From: Azolla caroliniana
Lineage: Eukaryota; Plantae; Polypodiophyta
Reading direction: 5' to 3'
Length of the DNA stretch: 64,000 nucleotides
NCBI GenBank assembly: GCA_043228905.1
Contig: JBHGNT010000007.1
Coordinates: forward strand, 4,774,001 to 4,838,000
Under the pieces are notes generated by a model. It was given only the letters and a program-made list of their open reading frames with translations, had not been told where the DNA came from and did no database searches. Each line of letters begins with the position of its first letter. Position 1 is the stretch's first letter. Below, piece by piece: positions 51,123 through 62,922 of the stretch. The position numbers were made by a program, and so were the translations under genes.

Positions 51123-54100
51123 ACGTGACATCATTAACCTTACTAGTAATACGAAAAGGACCGAGTCGTCGATAATCTAACTTTTCGCACGGTCAAGTAG
51201 TCTTGATGTGACGACGTAAGAGCCATACTCGATCTTCGATGGCAAAAGAGGAGGGAAGCCGATGGCGATCCACATAAGTCTTCTGTGTGTGTTGAGCATG
51301 ACGAAGATGAGTAGAGAGATCCATCTGGATCTTGCGTAGCCTCTCCAAATGACCCTCGGCACGAGGATTGGTAGGTAGCTCCGGGGTGTTTTCCAATCTA
51401 TGTCTAGATTATGTAATTCAAACCAAGGTAATCCCAGGACAATGGGATACTCTGGACTACTAATTATATTAAATGATACTACACACACCTAGGACAACTT
51501 GAATGGGTTCTGACTCTTCTACAATATTCCCGGAAGCAATGGGACAACCATCAATGACTACTACAGATGTGGGGCAAGGAAGTTTTCTTAAGGATATCTT
51601 AGAAGCTTGGGCAAAATTTCGATCCATGAAACAGGAATTAGCTCCGGAATCTAGAAGTGCTGGGACGTGTACTAGGGGAGTACTTTTAGTACTAACCATG
51701 ACTTGGGCTAGGAACACATTTCTAACTTGCTTGGAGGGAATGGAACCACTAATGGGTTGTACAGATCTAGGGTTGTCCAACCAAACGGCTCCTATTTTGG
51801 CTGGACTCAATCATTTAACTCTTCATCTAATTGACTAAGTATTTCAAATTTGTTTGAGATACTTGGGCTATTAATACTATTAATACTATTAGACACTCTA
51901 TTAGTACTATTAATACTATTAGATACTCCTAAGAGCAGAATTGACTCGGGTTTAGTACAGGTTACGATTTGATTTACCTGTCTTCTTGGCCTATGGGGAC
52001 AATTGATTGCGATATGCCCTGGTCCACCGCAATAAAGACATAATCGATTTGCATGTCATTGTTGTTTTTCTTCTTCCGATAACGGGCCACGTCGACGCAT
52101 GGTGTCGATCTCCATCGGTGTCGGAGTATTTGCTTGAGGTACGTCGCGTGCAAACGGTTTAGCCGCGACTGAGGCGTAAGTGGGCTCCGGCCTAGAGCGT
52201 GGTATTTGTAATTGACGTTCCGAACGCCATTCGAAAAGGTGGTTGTCGCATCGGACCGCTCGACTGATTGCCTCCGTAAGAGACTTTGGTTCTTCGAGGA
52301 AGGTTAAAAGTAAATCTTTGACATCGTTTCGCATGCTGTAGTGAAATTGCTCCATTAGTGCCTGATCATCCTAGGGGATATCTGAGGCGAGTAGACGGAA
52401 ATCTGCCGCGTAGGCAGAGGCTGGACAATCACCTTGACACAATCGTCGGATTTTGTTGATCGTCGTCCGGATGCTGTCAGTATCTCCAAAGCAAGCTTTA
52501 AACTCACTAATAAAGTCTTCAAAGTTATTAAGCAAGGGGGATTGTTTTTCTAGAAGCGGAGCGAACCATGCCAAGGCTGAGCCGCTTAGCAACGTGCTTA
52601 TTAGGCCGACTCAGGATGCATTAGTGGGTATCGGGAAGGATGCATTTGGATGACTAAGCGTACCTGATTAAGGAATCCCCTGAATTGTGATCGTGTTCCA
52701 TCAAATTTCACAGGAAGTCCAATCTTGGGCTCTTTATGAAATCCTTGGGGACTTGATCCTTGTTGTTGCAACGCTGCTTCGAGTTGTTGTACCCGTAACG
52801 CTAACTCCCCATGTTGTTGCTGCGTTTGTTGTTTTTTGAGAGAGATTTGATGCAGATCCCCTATCAACCGTTGGTTTTCTTGTTCCAAGGCAACAAATTT
52901 TTCTTTTAGACACTGTAGCTCGGAGAAAACGGATTGATATTCTTGGGCGCTAACAGTAGCCATAGTATAGGAAAAAGGGTAGGAGGATGAGGAAAAACGA
53001 CAAGTAGACTTGAGCGGAAATTGGTTCAAATTGTTAGGAATAGTACTAAAACATAGAGAGAATTAGTACTGGAAAAGGGAAGTACTATTAGTACCAAGAG
53101 GACGGGACTGCGTAAGACTCCTGAGAGAGGAAGAGAGAAGAGGAGAGAGAGAGATAACGAGGACGAGAAAGAGAGAGAGATGATGATAACATAGGATATA
53201 TTATGTGAAGAGTAAGTACAAAAGGACTATGAGGCTTAAGACTAGCGTTGAACCAATTTGGTTCAAAATAATGCCTAGTGCCTTCTTTTATAGTGTTCTT
53301 AGGAGTAATCTTGAAGCTTCTAGAATGTTTTAGAGAAATCTGGAATATACGTTAATTTCCTCTAATAAAACTTAAATGAAAATAATATCTTACATGTTAC
53401 AATAGATGGTATAATGGTCAAGAGCTCGACCCATCTAACATAAGGTCATGGGTTCGCGTCTCGCCATATCATGACACCATCGACTAGAGATTGAAGAAGG
53501 CGGGAGGATTCTTGCTTGCGAGGACAACCAATCTTATTGCACTGAATTGAGGTGCTAGGCCGCCGAGGCATATCTGCACCATTTCATCGTCATCAATGTT
53601 GACATTGATCTACCCGAGGGAGCCGCATAACTCCTTGACCTTCAAGGTGTAGTTGTCGATTGTCATATCCCTCTCTTGAATATTGTTTAACTCTTGACGG
53701 AGTTGAAGTTTTCATGTAGTTGTATTGTCCACGACTCTTTTGGCATTTTGGCCTCTCGGATGTAGCCAAGCATGTGATCATGAACAGATGATGCAAGGCG
53801 GTACAGCACGCGACTCGCCACTTGCTCCCAAGTTGGGTGATCGGCATGTGTCGGGTTGGGTTGATTTTCTTGAGCTCCTTCGATGTAACCCCAATAGCCT
53901 TGGCTGACAAGGTATTGGTGCATCCCGTATTCCCAAGATGCAAAGTTGTTTCTATCAAGTTTCTCGGTAAGAAGAGCGCTTTCCATCTGAGTATTCATGA
54001 TAATCAATTTGTTTGGAGCACGTTTTCTTCTTCTTCTCTGTGATACAAAATGTGTAGGTTGTTGCTACAACGATCAGCCAGTTCTTCGTGAACGTTGGAT

Positions 54101-54243
54101 TAGGCACACTACACGCGGATGGGCTTGGATCAAGCTGCCAAGAACTCTGATGCCATGTAAAGAATCAGGTGTGATTTTGTGCAACAGAAGAGTTGTGTGT
54201 GTGTGTGTGTGTGTGCGTGCACGCGCGCGGGCGCGCATTATTT

Positions 54244-54282
<39 letters not shown>

Positions 54283-54527
54283 TGGATGTAGCTCAGTTGC
54301 CCAATGGAGACCAGGTGGTCATGGGTTCAACCCCTACATTCCATAGTGGCATCTAGTGAAATAGAGATATATATGAAGTATATAATAGAGAGGTGAGGAA
54401 ATTGGGTTTCGAACCCAAGACACAAGTGCTTGTAGTGTTATCGACTTACCACTAGGGTAAGTTAATTACAATAATAATAATAATAATAATAAACAGAGAG
54501 AGAGAGAGAGAGAGAACACTGTGTATA

Positions 54528-54766
54528 CGGAAAAATAATGAAATTGTATTAACAAGAGAATAAACAACCAACAACTTACAAAGAAGAAGAGAAGGTGCTT
54601 ATGTAGTCACCTTCTCTCTATGTTCTCCCAATACAACCACCTCCTTCCCACGGAAAAATAATGAAATTGTATTAACAAGAGAATAAACAACCAACAACTT
54701 ACATAGAAGAAGAGAATGTGCTTATGTAATCACCTTCTCTCTATGTTCTCTCAATACAACCACCTC
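54528..54766. repeat. ~123-bp tandem duplication
   Basis: CGGAAAAATAATGAAATTGTATTAACAAGAG... at 54528 and 54651. Confidence 0.85.
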
Positions 54767-54799
54767 TTGGGAAGGAGGTGGAAACTTAATTGTCTATTG

Positions 54800-55110
54800 G
54801 TCATAGGACTTAACTTCTATGACATATTAGTTATGATACAAACTGGTGGGATGTTCACACACTTGGTTATTCGTAAGATGTGTTCCCACACTAGGACGTT
54901 GAGTTTGATTCTCAACATAATACACTCCATTCTTTGATGAACGTCTTTCTTCATTAGGTCAATTAGAGCCATATAGATCTCATTGCAATTGTTGAACCTT
55001 GCCAAGAAGTTGTACGTTTCATGTCTGAACACAATTTTCAAAATGGAATCCATGAAGGTTAGAGAACTTGACAAGTTGGAGGCATATTGCGAGTTTTCCA
55101 CTCATCTTGG
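54800..55110 (-). pseudogene. Degenerate Ty3/gypsy RT relic
   Basis: LTFMDSILKIVFRHETYNFLARFNNCNEI resembles LPFTDSILD.VAGHE.YSFLDGFSGYNQI. Confidence 0.55.
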
Positions 55111-55340
55111 AGAATACCACAATTGTCATATTTGTATTCTTGATTGGCTTAATGAATCTAACATAAAGAATCTCATCAAGATCTTCCTTTTGCATGTACT
55201 ACATAGTGAGATTTAGGTGATATGGACATTGTTGGATCAATGCCACAAACGTCTTGAGATGTAGCTTGTCTAATAGAATAAGATATCTGAACCCTACATG
55301 CTACCTATTAGATTACTAGAAGAAAGCATAATGTCCTAGG

Positions 55341-56128
55341 TGTGACCAGACCACAAGGCTACCAAGAGCCATCAACTCAAACTCAAACCACTTTCCCTCA
55401 ACCTCTTCATTAAGCATCCCACACTCACATATAGGGTAGTGGGAGAGTGCGAAAGTATGGGGGGTTTAAATGTACTTCTCCTATCACTACTCCGGGTATC
55501 AAGGCAAATATCTCCTCAGAAAATAGGAATATTTGACCGACTTGTAACGTACTTCCCTCCGGCTATAAAAGGAGGGGAGGGTCTCCTGTAAAGGGGTTCC
55601 CGATCACATGGTTTTTTTTTTGTTCCTCGTTTTGTCAAGGTTTGGGGTTTTGTTTTGGTGTGTAGGGTCTGAGGTCTCTCGAGCTTGTATGCTCTAAGGG
55701 TTCTGGTTTCTACTATGTCTTCTACGCAAGACCTCCACTTCCGGTGGCGACCCCAAGAGCTCCCCGACTAGTGGCTTGCTTGCAGATATTCATTATATCT
55801 AGTCCGTTTGGTCCGGCTTGAAGCCAGAGATGTAATCAATTGATCATGTATATACTCTCAGTTGTGCATTAAGTGTCTCTCTATGTTGAATGTTTCTCCC
55901 TTTTCCAGTTTCTGTATACGATGTGTGAGTGTGAGTGTGTGTGCGTGCTTGTGTGTGTCTCTCTCTCGACCGGTTGCATCCGGCACGGTTGAGAAGGACG
56001 ACTTGTCGGTGTCTTAGCCGGAGTGATAGATACTGAAGAAACTTGGTTCTCCCATCACCGTTTCTCCTTGGTTCGAGACCTCGACGGCCCTGCCCGAGCT
56101 GACTCGCAAGCCATGGATTTCCACGACA
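55341..56128 (+). repeat. Probable LTR fragment or solo LTR
   Basis: CTATAAAAGGAGGGG TATA context ~55563; ends CACGACA where a copia integrase frame begins; left boundary and TSD not resolved. Confidence 0.4.
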
Positions 56129-56340
56129 ACATCACATTCATCGACAACTTCTCTAGACACACCTAGATTTATCCTATGCGGCAAAAGAGTGAAGTATTCT
56201 CACACTTCTAGAAATTAAAAAACGAAGTCAATAGGCAGTCGGTCGACATGTTGGTTGCCTTCAATCAAACGTAGGCAAAGAGTACTTCTTCGACGCCTTC
56301 ATAACATACCTTCGACAAGAAGGAATTCGGCGGGAGTTTT

Positions 56341-56695
56341 TGTCGAGAATTGTGACCGGCCACAACCGGTTTCTTGTTCGGATGTTTGGGTGCAAGGAAC
56401 GTAAAATAGAATGCACTCAGACAGAGTACGAAAATAGAAATAACACAAGAGACAAAAACACACGATTTTAACGTGGAAACCCAAAATGGGAAAAACCACG
56501 GGGGTTCCACAAAACCCGAGAAACAGAATCACTATGCTAAAAGGAGGAGTACAACTAGAAGCTCCGAGGCAATGACCTCGAGATTCAACTTCGTCAACAT
56601 AAGGCTACAGAGTTACACACGCTCTCACTCTCACTCACTTACTATTACACAGTTTTAGAGGCAACGACCTTCTAAGTCACCTTTTTAACAATAAC

Positions 56696-56733
<38 letters not shown>

Positions 56734-56934
56734 GTAACATTATGATTGGCCTAAGTACTTATACTAGTACACCTTTTGGGTTATTTACAAGTGTAGCCCA
56801 TAAGGGCATATTTAGACTATTTACAAGTATAGTCTTCCGAGTTGGCTGTCTACATGATTTCGGTTTTGGCCTCGGCCGAGTTTCTCATCAACTCAACTCT
56901 TCTCTTCCCATCCGAAGGGACCCGTTTCATAATA
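56341..56934 (-). repeat. 594-bp solo LTR related to the Tork-like LTR
   Basis: TSD GTTTT 56336-56340 and 56935-56939; shares TTTAACGTGGAAA..GGGAAAAACCACGGG and CCCATCCG.AGGGACC with the LTR at 43292-43884. Confidence 0.85.
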
Positions 56935-57667
56935 GTTTTCCTGCTGACACACATTGAGTCAACAGAATGGAGTAGCCGAAAGGAAAAGTTGGCACATATT
57001 GGAGGTGGTAAGGGCAATGATGAACGAAAAGAACTTGCCTAAATCGTATTGGGCAAAAGCGGCACACACATCCATCTACCTCATGGACCGGTGCACAACA
57101 TCAGGAGTGCACAATGGCACACCTCACGAGAAGTACTATGGAAAGAAGCTGGATCTATCCCATGTAAGGATATTCGGCACAATTGCATTCGTGCACATTC
57201 CTGACGAAAAGCGCAAAAGCTAGATCCCAAGTCTAAGAAATGTATCCTCATCCGATAGTCATTGGAGAAAATGGGGTACAAATGCTTCAACCCCTCTACT
57301 CAGAAGGTTCACATATGTCGGGAACAAATCGACATCTTGGTATGAACCTGAGCCGACTCCACCCGAGCCATTTCCGGTCAACCTTGATGACAGAAAGGTT
57401 AATGATGACCAATACTCGAGGAGAGTTCGATCTCAACTAGATTGAGCGGACCACATGAGCCTCCAAGCGACCAAAGCACATCTCAGCCGAGTTCGAAGAT
57501 GGACAAAGGGAAGGCCAAAATGCCAGAGTAAGAAGATCCGAACGACAACGAATCGACTCACTCACTTGATAGTGAGTTCGACTGCCATGATATTCCTATC
57601 ATGAAACTCCAACACTCCACCCGAGAAAAGAACGTCGTTAGCCGATTCGGCTACAACGACTACATGG

Positions 57668-60600
57668 TGTTACCGGCCGGCAAAGGAGTCCAGAGTGGGA
57701 AACGGAGAGCTAATTAAGTAGTAGGAATGTGGTTGTAATTAAGCTATGAGTGTGGACGGACGGACCGGAATCGGTATGCCGTTCCGGATCCGGACCGATC
57801 CCGAACAGGTGCGGATGGCACCGTTTTGTAATACAGACTGGAAACCTATTTAAAGGCCTGGATACAATGTAATAGTTAGCGGTTAATTAATGAAAGCTTA
57901 AGTGTTGTTATATCTCTGTGTCAATTGCCGTTCTGTCTTAATTGTTATATCTTACGCGTGTTATGAAGACGATCCTAATAAGTAACTTGATTAAGTCGGA
58001 TTAAGCGTTGAAGTCTAATCCGGTTGCCGTAACACCCTTTGGTGAAGTGTCTCCCGTAGACACCCTGTGTTAGGCCATTGTCCGGCCCGAAGAGTTAACA
58101 CAGTTTTTGGCGACCACGATTCCTGTTTTTGCAGCGAACGACGGCACGAATGGATGTCTACATCAACGCACGACCTGGTTACAGATCGAACTCGACGCCT
58201 TGCCGAAAGGCAAAGGAAACGCGAGGCTTTCCAGCAAGCAGCGCAGGAAATTAGAGCGGATCGCTCGTTTTCCAACGTAATCCGGAGAGTAGCGGAGAAC
58301 TCCCACTGGTTACAGCAAACATCGCACCCGGACGACGGCAGCAGCCTAAGTAGCCTCTGGGAAACCGAATCCCTTCTCCACGCGTTGGCAAACGGAGAAG
58401 GCGAAGCAGAGGCCTTTTCAGCATATGAATCAGACTCTGAAGGGGAATACAGCGTGCACACGAACTACCGTAGCAGCAACGAAACCCCGGGCGGACCGGA
58501 GGACGAAGGATCGGATACCTTACCGACACCGGAACCGGAACCGGAAGTGCTAACGCTGGAACCCCCGGAACCAGCAGAAGAAGAACGACCTCCGACACCG
58601 GAAGTCGAGAAGGAGAGGCCTCCGTCACCAGCGGAAGAGAAACAACCGACACCGGAATCAAATCGGGAAAGACCACCGACACCGGAGAAAATTTCGGAAC
58701 GAGCACCAACACTACCAGCCCGCGCACCGATACTGGACGACGACATGCCGTTCCAGTACTCCAAGTATAGAGATGATCCGGACACGGAAGCTCATGTGCA
58801 CGCATTTGAACAGACATGGGAAGCCAACCATGTGTCCTAGCGACTGACACTGGAGGAAGAAGAACGCTCTAAGATAGCAGAGTTTGGCGTCACATTGGAG
58901 GGACCGGCAGCAAGATGGCGCCGGACGCAGGACTCGTCTACCATCAACACCTTTGCAGATTTAAAAGCTAAATTCATGCATTTTTTTCAAAAGGAGGTGG
59001 ACCAGACCGTAATGGTAGGCTTATTTTATACCATCCGGCAAGAGGCAGGGGAGAGCATTCCCCAATTTGTCATCTGGTTTCAACGGATGCATAGTCAGCT
59101 TACCCGTGCACCCCCGGAGGAGGAATTACGGACGATATTCCTAAACGCGCTCCGGGAACCCCTACGCACGGTTTGCACGGTAATCGATTTCCGCACAAGT
59201 ACCATCGACCGGGTCATTGACCGGGTGAAAGAGATGGAAAAGACAAGCTCCTGGCTCACACTGGGCGCACTTCAACAGGCGTTACCGTCCGATGAAGACC
59301 TCCGGTTTCGGCAAGCAATACAGTGCACAACCTGCTTGAATTCCGGACACTCGGCTCTAGAATGCACTATGAGGACGCAATGTGTAATCTGTCAATCCTA
59401 GAGCCATACGACGGATAGGTGCGAGTATAATCTGTTGACTCGGCAAGCACCGCCCGTCCGACAAATTGAGCCACGCAACAGCCGGGATGAAGAAGACGAA
59501 CGCTGGCGACGAATGGACCGTGACCGACCGGCACAGGATGTCCGGTATGGCGAGCGACGGGAAAATGATGTCCGGTATGGCGAGCGACGAGAAAATAATG
59601 TCCGGTACGGCGAGCGACGGGAAAATGATGTCCGGTACGGTGATCGGCGAGATAACTATGACCGGCATGATCGGTACCAGGATTACAATAGACAATACGA
59701 ACAGTACGACCGGGAGCACTCCCCCGGGCATCGTCAGCAACGGGAGGAATACGGCCGGTATAATGGGCAACCCCGTCAAGAGTACCGTAATAAGAAGAGC
59801 TTTAACAAAAAACGGCATTTTAAAAAAGGCGGCTACCCCCGGGATCCGGAACAAGGCACTCCAAGTAGCCAACCGGTACAAAACCCCGCGCGTACCGTAG
59901 GACCTGCCCCGGGTACAACAGACAATGCCGAATCTAGCAATGCCCGGAAAGCCTACTGCTACTATTGCAGACAGGAAGGCCATTATAGTAACCAATGCCC
60001 GGTGAAGAGCTATGAAAAACGACCGACGGTAAATATGGTAGTCCCTGAGGTGGCAGACCTGCAGCAGGTGACCACAAGATCGAAGGGCATGGACAAAGAA
60101 TGGGAGACACAGGAGACCATCCGCAAACAAGCAACGGAATGGGTAAAGAAAGCAAACGAGCAGAATGTCACAGACTTACAGCAGCAAAAGGAGAACACCG
60201 CAGGGCTTGCCAGCGGTAGTCACTCCGAGAACGAGACATGGCAGGCGTTGCAAGAATGCCAGATTACGTTACCACTAGGAAGACTCCTACAACTCGTGCC
60301 TAGATTCACGGAAGGACTGAAGACGGCCATGACGACACGAGAACCATCACCGGCACCGGTACTCTTCTCGAATCCGGAGGAGGGACCAACAGTGGTAGAC
60401 ACCAGCAGTCCGGTAATCACTGCCATTGTAAAAGGGAAAGAACTCCCCGGCACAGTTATAGACGGAGGCTCTGGGGTAAATGTAATAAGCCTCCGGACGT
60501 GTGAGGACCTAGGAATCCACGAGTGGGAGCCGTGTCCGTTCTGGTTGCGGATGGTCGATACAAGCTCAGTGCGGCCGACAGGATTAATACGGAAATTAGA

Positions 60601-60827
60601 AGTCACCGTCGGCGGGCATACATTTCACATCTCGGCCATAGTGCTACAATTATAGGCACAAGGCACATACCCACTATTGCTGGGGCGGCCATGGTTGAAA
60701 ACGGCACATATCAAACAGAATTGGCGGAAAAATATAATTACCTTCTGGCGAGGAAAAGCCAAGGTACGGGTACCAACACAGCCAAGGACGAGCACTGGCA
60801 AGGAATGTACACCGTTGTATGCGGAAT
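57668..60827 (+). mobile_element. 3'-truncated non-chromovirus (Tat-like) gypsy: 5' LTR, PBS, gag, protease
   Basis: LTR 57668-~58102; PBS TGGCGACCAC 58108 (tRNA-Arg-like); a single frame with three TAG stops; three CCHC knuckles; protease VIDGGSGVNVI, LLGRPWL. Confidence 0.85.
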
Positions 60828-61440
60828 GCGTCTTTATGATGAAGGTAGTGATAATTCAGGAACTGGAAAACTTTTCCGAAGCCGCTAAGGACCCACGATG
60901 GGTCGAAGTGATGAATGAGAAGATGCAAGCACTCTCCAAGAACGAAACATGGGATCTCATCCCCTCTTCACCCCACCATAAGACCATCGGATGCCGATGG
61001 ATATACAAGGTGAAGTACAACACCGATGGCATTGTCAACCGGTATAAGGCCCGACTTGTCGCGAAAGGCTACGCATAGACACATGGGGTCGATTATGAAG
61101 AGACCTTTGCCCCGGTGGCAAAGATGACAAAATTCGAACCGTGATCGCGCTTGCAACAGCCAAAGGATGACACCTCCACCAAATGGACGTTAAGAACGCC
61201 TTTCTTCAAGGCGAATTAGATGAGGAGGTGTATATGATACAACCACCCGGTTTCAAGTCGAGCACAGGCCCGCAAGCAGTTAGCTGACTCAAAAAGCCTC
61301 TCTATGATCTCAAATAGGCACTTAGAGCATGGCATTCGAAGATAACCCAATATCGTCACCAAATAGGTTTCAAAATGTGCAAGTTCGACAATTCCCGGTT
61401 CATCTAGGACGACTCCGGAGGACATCTATTTATCATAATA

Positions 61441-62200
61441 GTGTCGATTCCAATTATGGCACAGTGCTGCGAATTTCTAACTCGACTTAGTCAGTATGCA
61501 GAGTCGAGTATTATGAAATTGAGATCGATGAGGGGTCACGTAGTAGGATGCACTCAAATCCAGGAGCCATGTGCTCAATTCCTCAGCCGTAAGCAGAACT
61601 TTTGATTCGCCTGAGTTTTCTATAAAGAGGATATTTGGGTCGTCCGTCAATACTTTGGTTGAAGAGTCGATGTAGTTGACCTCCTCATGCCAGCCACCCT
61701 TTTGATAAGCTCGTTGAGCTTTATCATTCCTGGTTTTTAAGGGCGCAACAATCGGCCTTGATATGTCCAGCTTTCTTGTAGTAGTTGCATGTTCAATTAT
61801 CTCAAGACTTGCTCCGGCTTTGCTTATTTGTCGGCAGTTGGGAAGAACTTTTACCTTGACTGTTCGGTTGGTTGGCCAAACCTTGTACAAGTAGGCGTCA
61901 CTGGCCAAATCGTTTGCAAACGATTTCCTCCAAGCAATTTCTGTTAGGATTGAGCTCATGATTTCGGAGTATTTTACTGCATCAATCGATGCATTGCACA
62001 CAGTTGTGACAAAAGTTTCTCAAGGAGGGAGACTACTCATGAGCAACATTGCTTTTAATTCGTCTTTGATTGTCATCCCTTGAGCTGAAATTTGGGAGCT
62101 TAGGCTTTCGTACTCGTTGAGGTGTGCCTGGACCGAATCGGATTTTTTCATCCGAAGGTTGTAGAGGCTCCAGATCAGATATATCTTTATTGCGGTGTCG
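61441..62200 (-). pseudogene. Copia gag-protease fragment
   Basis: LYNLRMKKSDSVQAHLNE..LLMSSLPP; WLLDLSASYYVTP. Confidence 0.7.
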
Positions 62201-62922
62201 CAAAGATTGTGGTTGTGTGTCGCAACCGCCGAGGTTCTATGACTTGGGGATGATCGGGGTGAAAACGCGTAATCGCAAACGGTGCGATGACAAGAAGCCA
62301 ATAAGGCAAGATAAATGCAACGTTGTCGCGAAAAGAATTTTACTTGTAAAACAACCACTTACAATATTTATTTGCCAAAAGTTACTTGGCAAGACTTGAA
62401 CTCACAAACTCTATTTGAGAAGAAGTGTTTGAGATACACCACTTCAATCTCTCTAGTTTCGATTTATTTGTCTTTCTCTTTCACTTTATATATACTAAAT
62501 TTATATTACAAAATTTGATTACCAAAAGAAGTTATTTGAAGACGATTCCAACTCACGACCTTTTGTTTACAAAGAGACGTTTGAGATACACCACTTTAAC
62601 TTCTTCCTTTTCTTGTATCCCTTTTCTTTTCTTTAACTCTTGTCTTGATTTATATTGGCGAGCTCTGCATCCCATACCCACGGGAGCTTCTTCACTCGCT
62701 TTTCCTTCTCTTCCTTCTCCTTCTCCTCCTCCCTTCCCTTCCGAAGCTTGTATCTTGGGCTTCTGAACTCCGATTCATGAACCGAAAATTCCTTCATGCT
62801 CCTTGTCATAAGCTCCAGATGGGAAATGTACTTCTATAGATTTTTGACATTTTTTTCACATCGTGAAGTGTCAACTTCACGACACCCACCCCCTCTGAAC
62901 TTGCACACACCTATGGGCGAGT

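Larger units (their letters stand above)
43270..53476 (-). mobile_element. Tcn1-like chromovirus (Ty3/gypsy) with RT/RH/IN core deleted; hosts two nested insertions
   Basis: 5' LTR 53032-53476; 3' LTR 43270-43291 + 48598-49027; TSD CCAT; gag PVKFDGTRSQFRGFLNQ and CLYCGGPGH; protease LLDSGA; chromodomain EYEV..VLDSK..YLVDW..TWEP; PPT 49028-49039. Confidence 0.88.
42100..54518 (-). mobile_element. Copia E (5' LTR, PBS, gag, protease, integrase start), split by the chromovirus at 43270-53476
   Basis: PBS TGGCATCAGAGT (minus strand, 54144-54155); gag EKLDRNNFASWEY; WFVDSDASNHM; WHKRIDH; frame SMVLVEENH rejoins across the insertion; LTR ~54156-54518 (far end uncertain). Confidence 0.85.
56129..61440 (+). 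mobile_element. Decayed copia F (integrase to RT, same lineage as A, C and E), interrupted by a solo LTR and a gypsy element
   Basis: ITFIDNFSRH, QQNGVAERK, KGKAKMPE, RFGYNDYM | [33 protein letters not shown]. Confidence 0.8.

Noticed and set aside
54284-54343. Functional tRNA gene
   Set aside because: Too short, with no proper anticodon arm; treated as a tRNA-like module, as for 48955-49020
60677-61078. Gypsy-copia hybrid ORF
   Set aside because: Deletion junction at ~60828 joins two decayed elements; both sides carry stop codons
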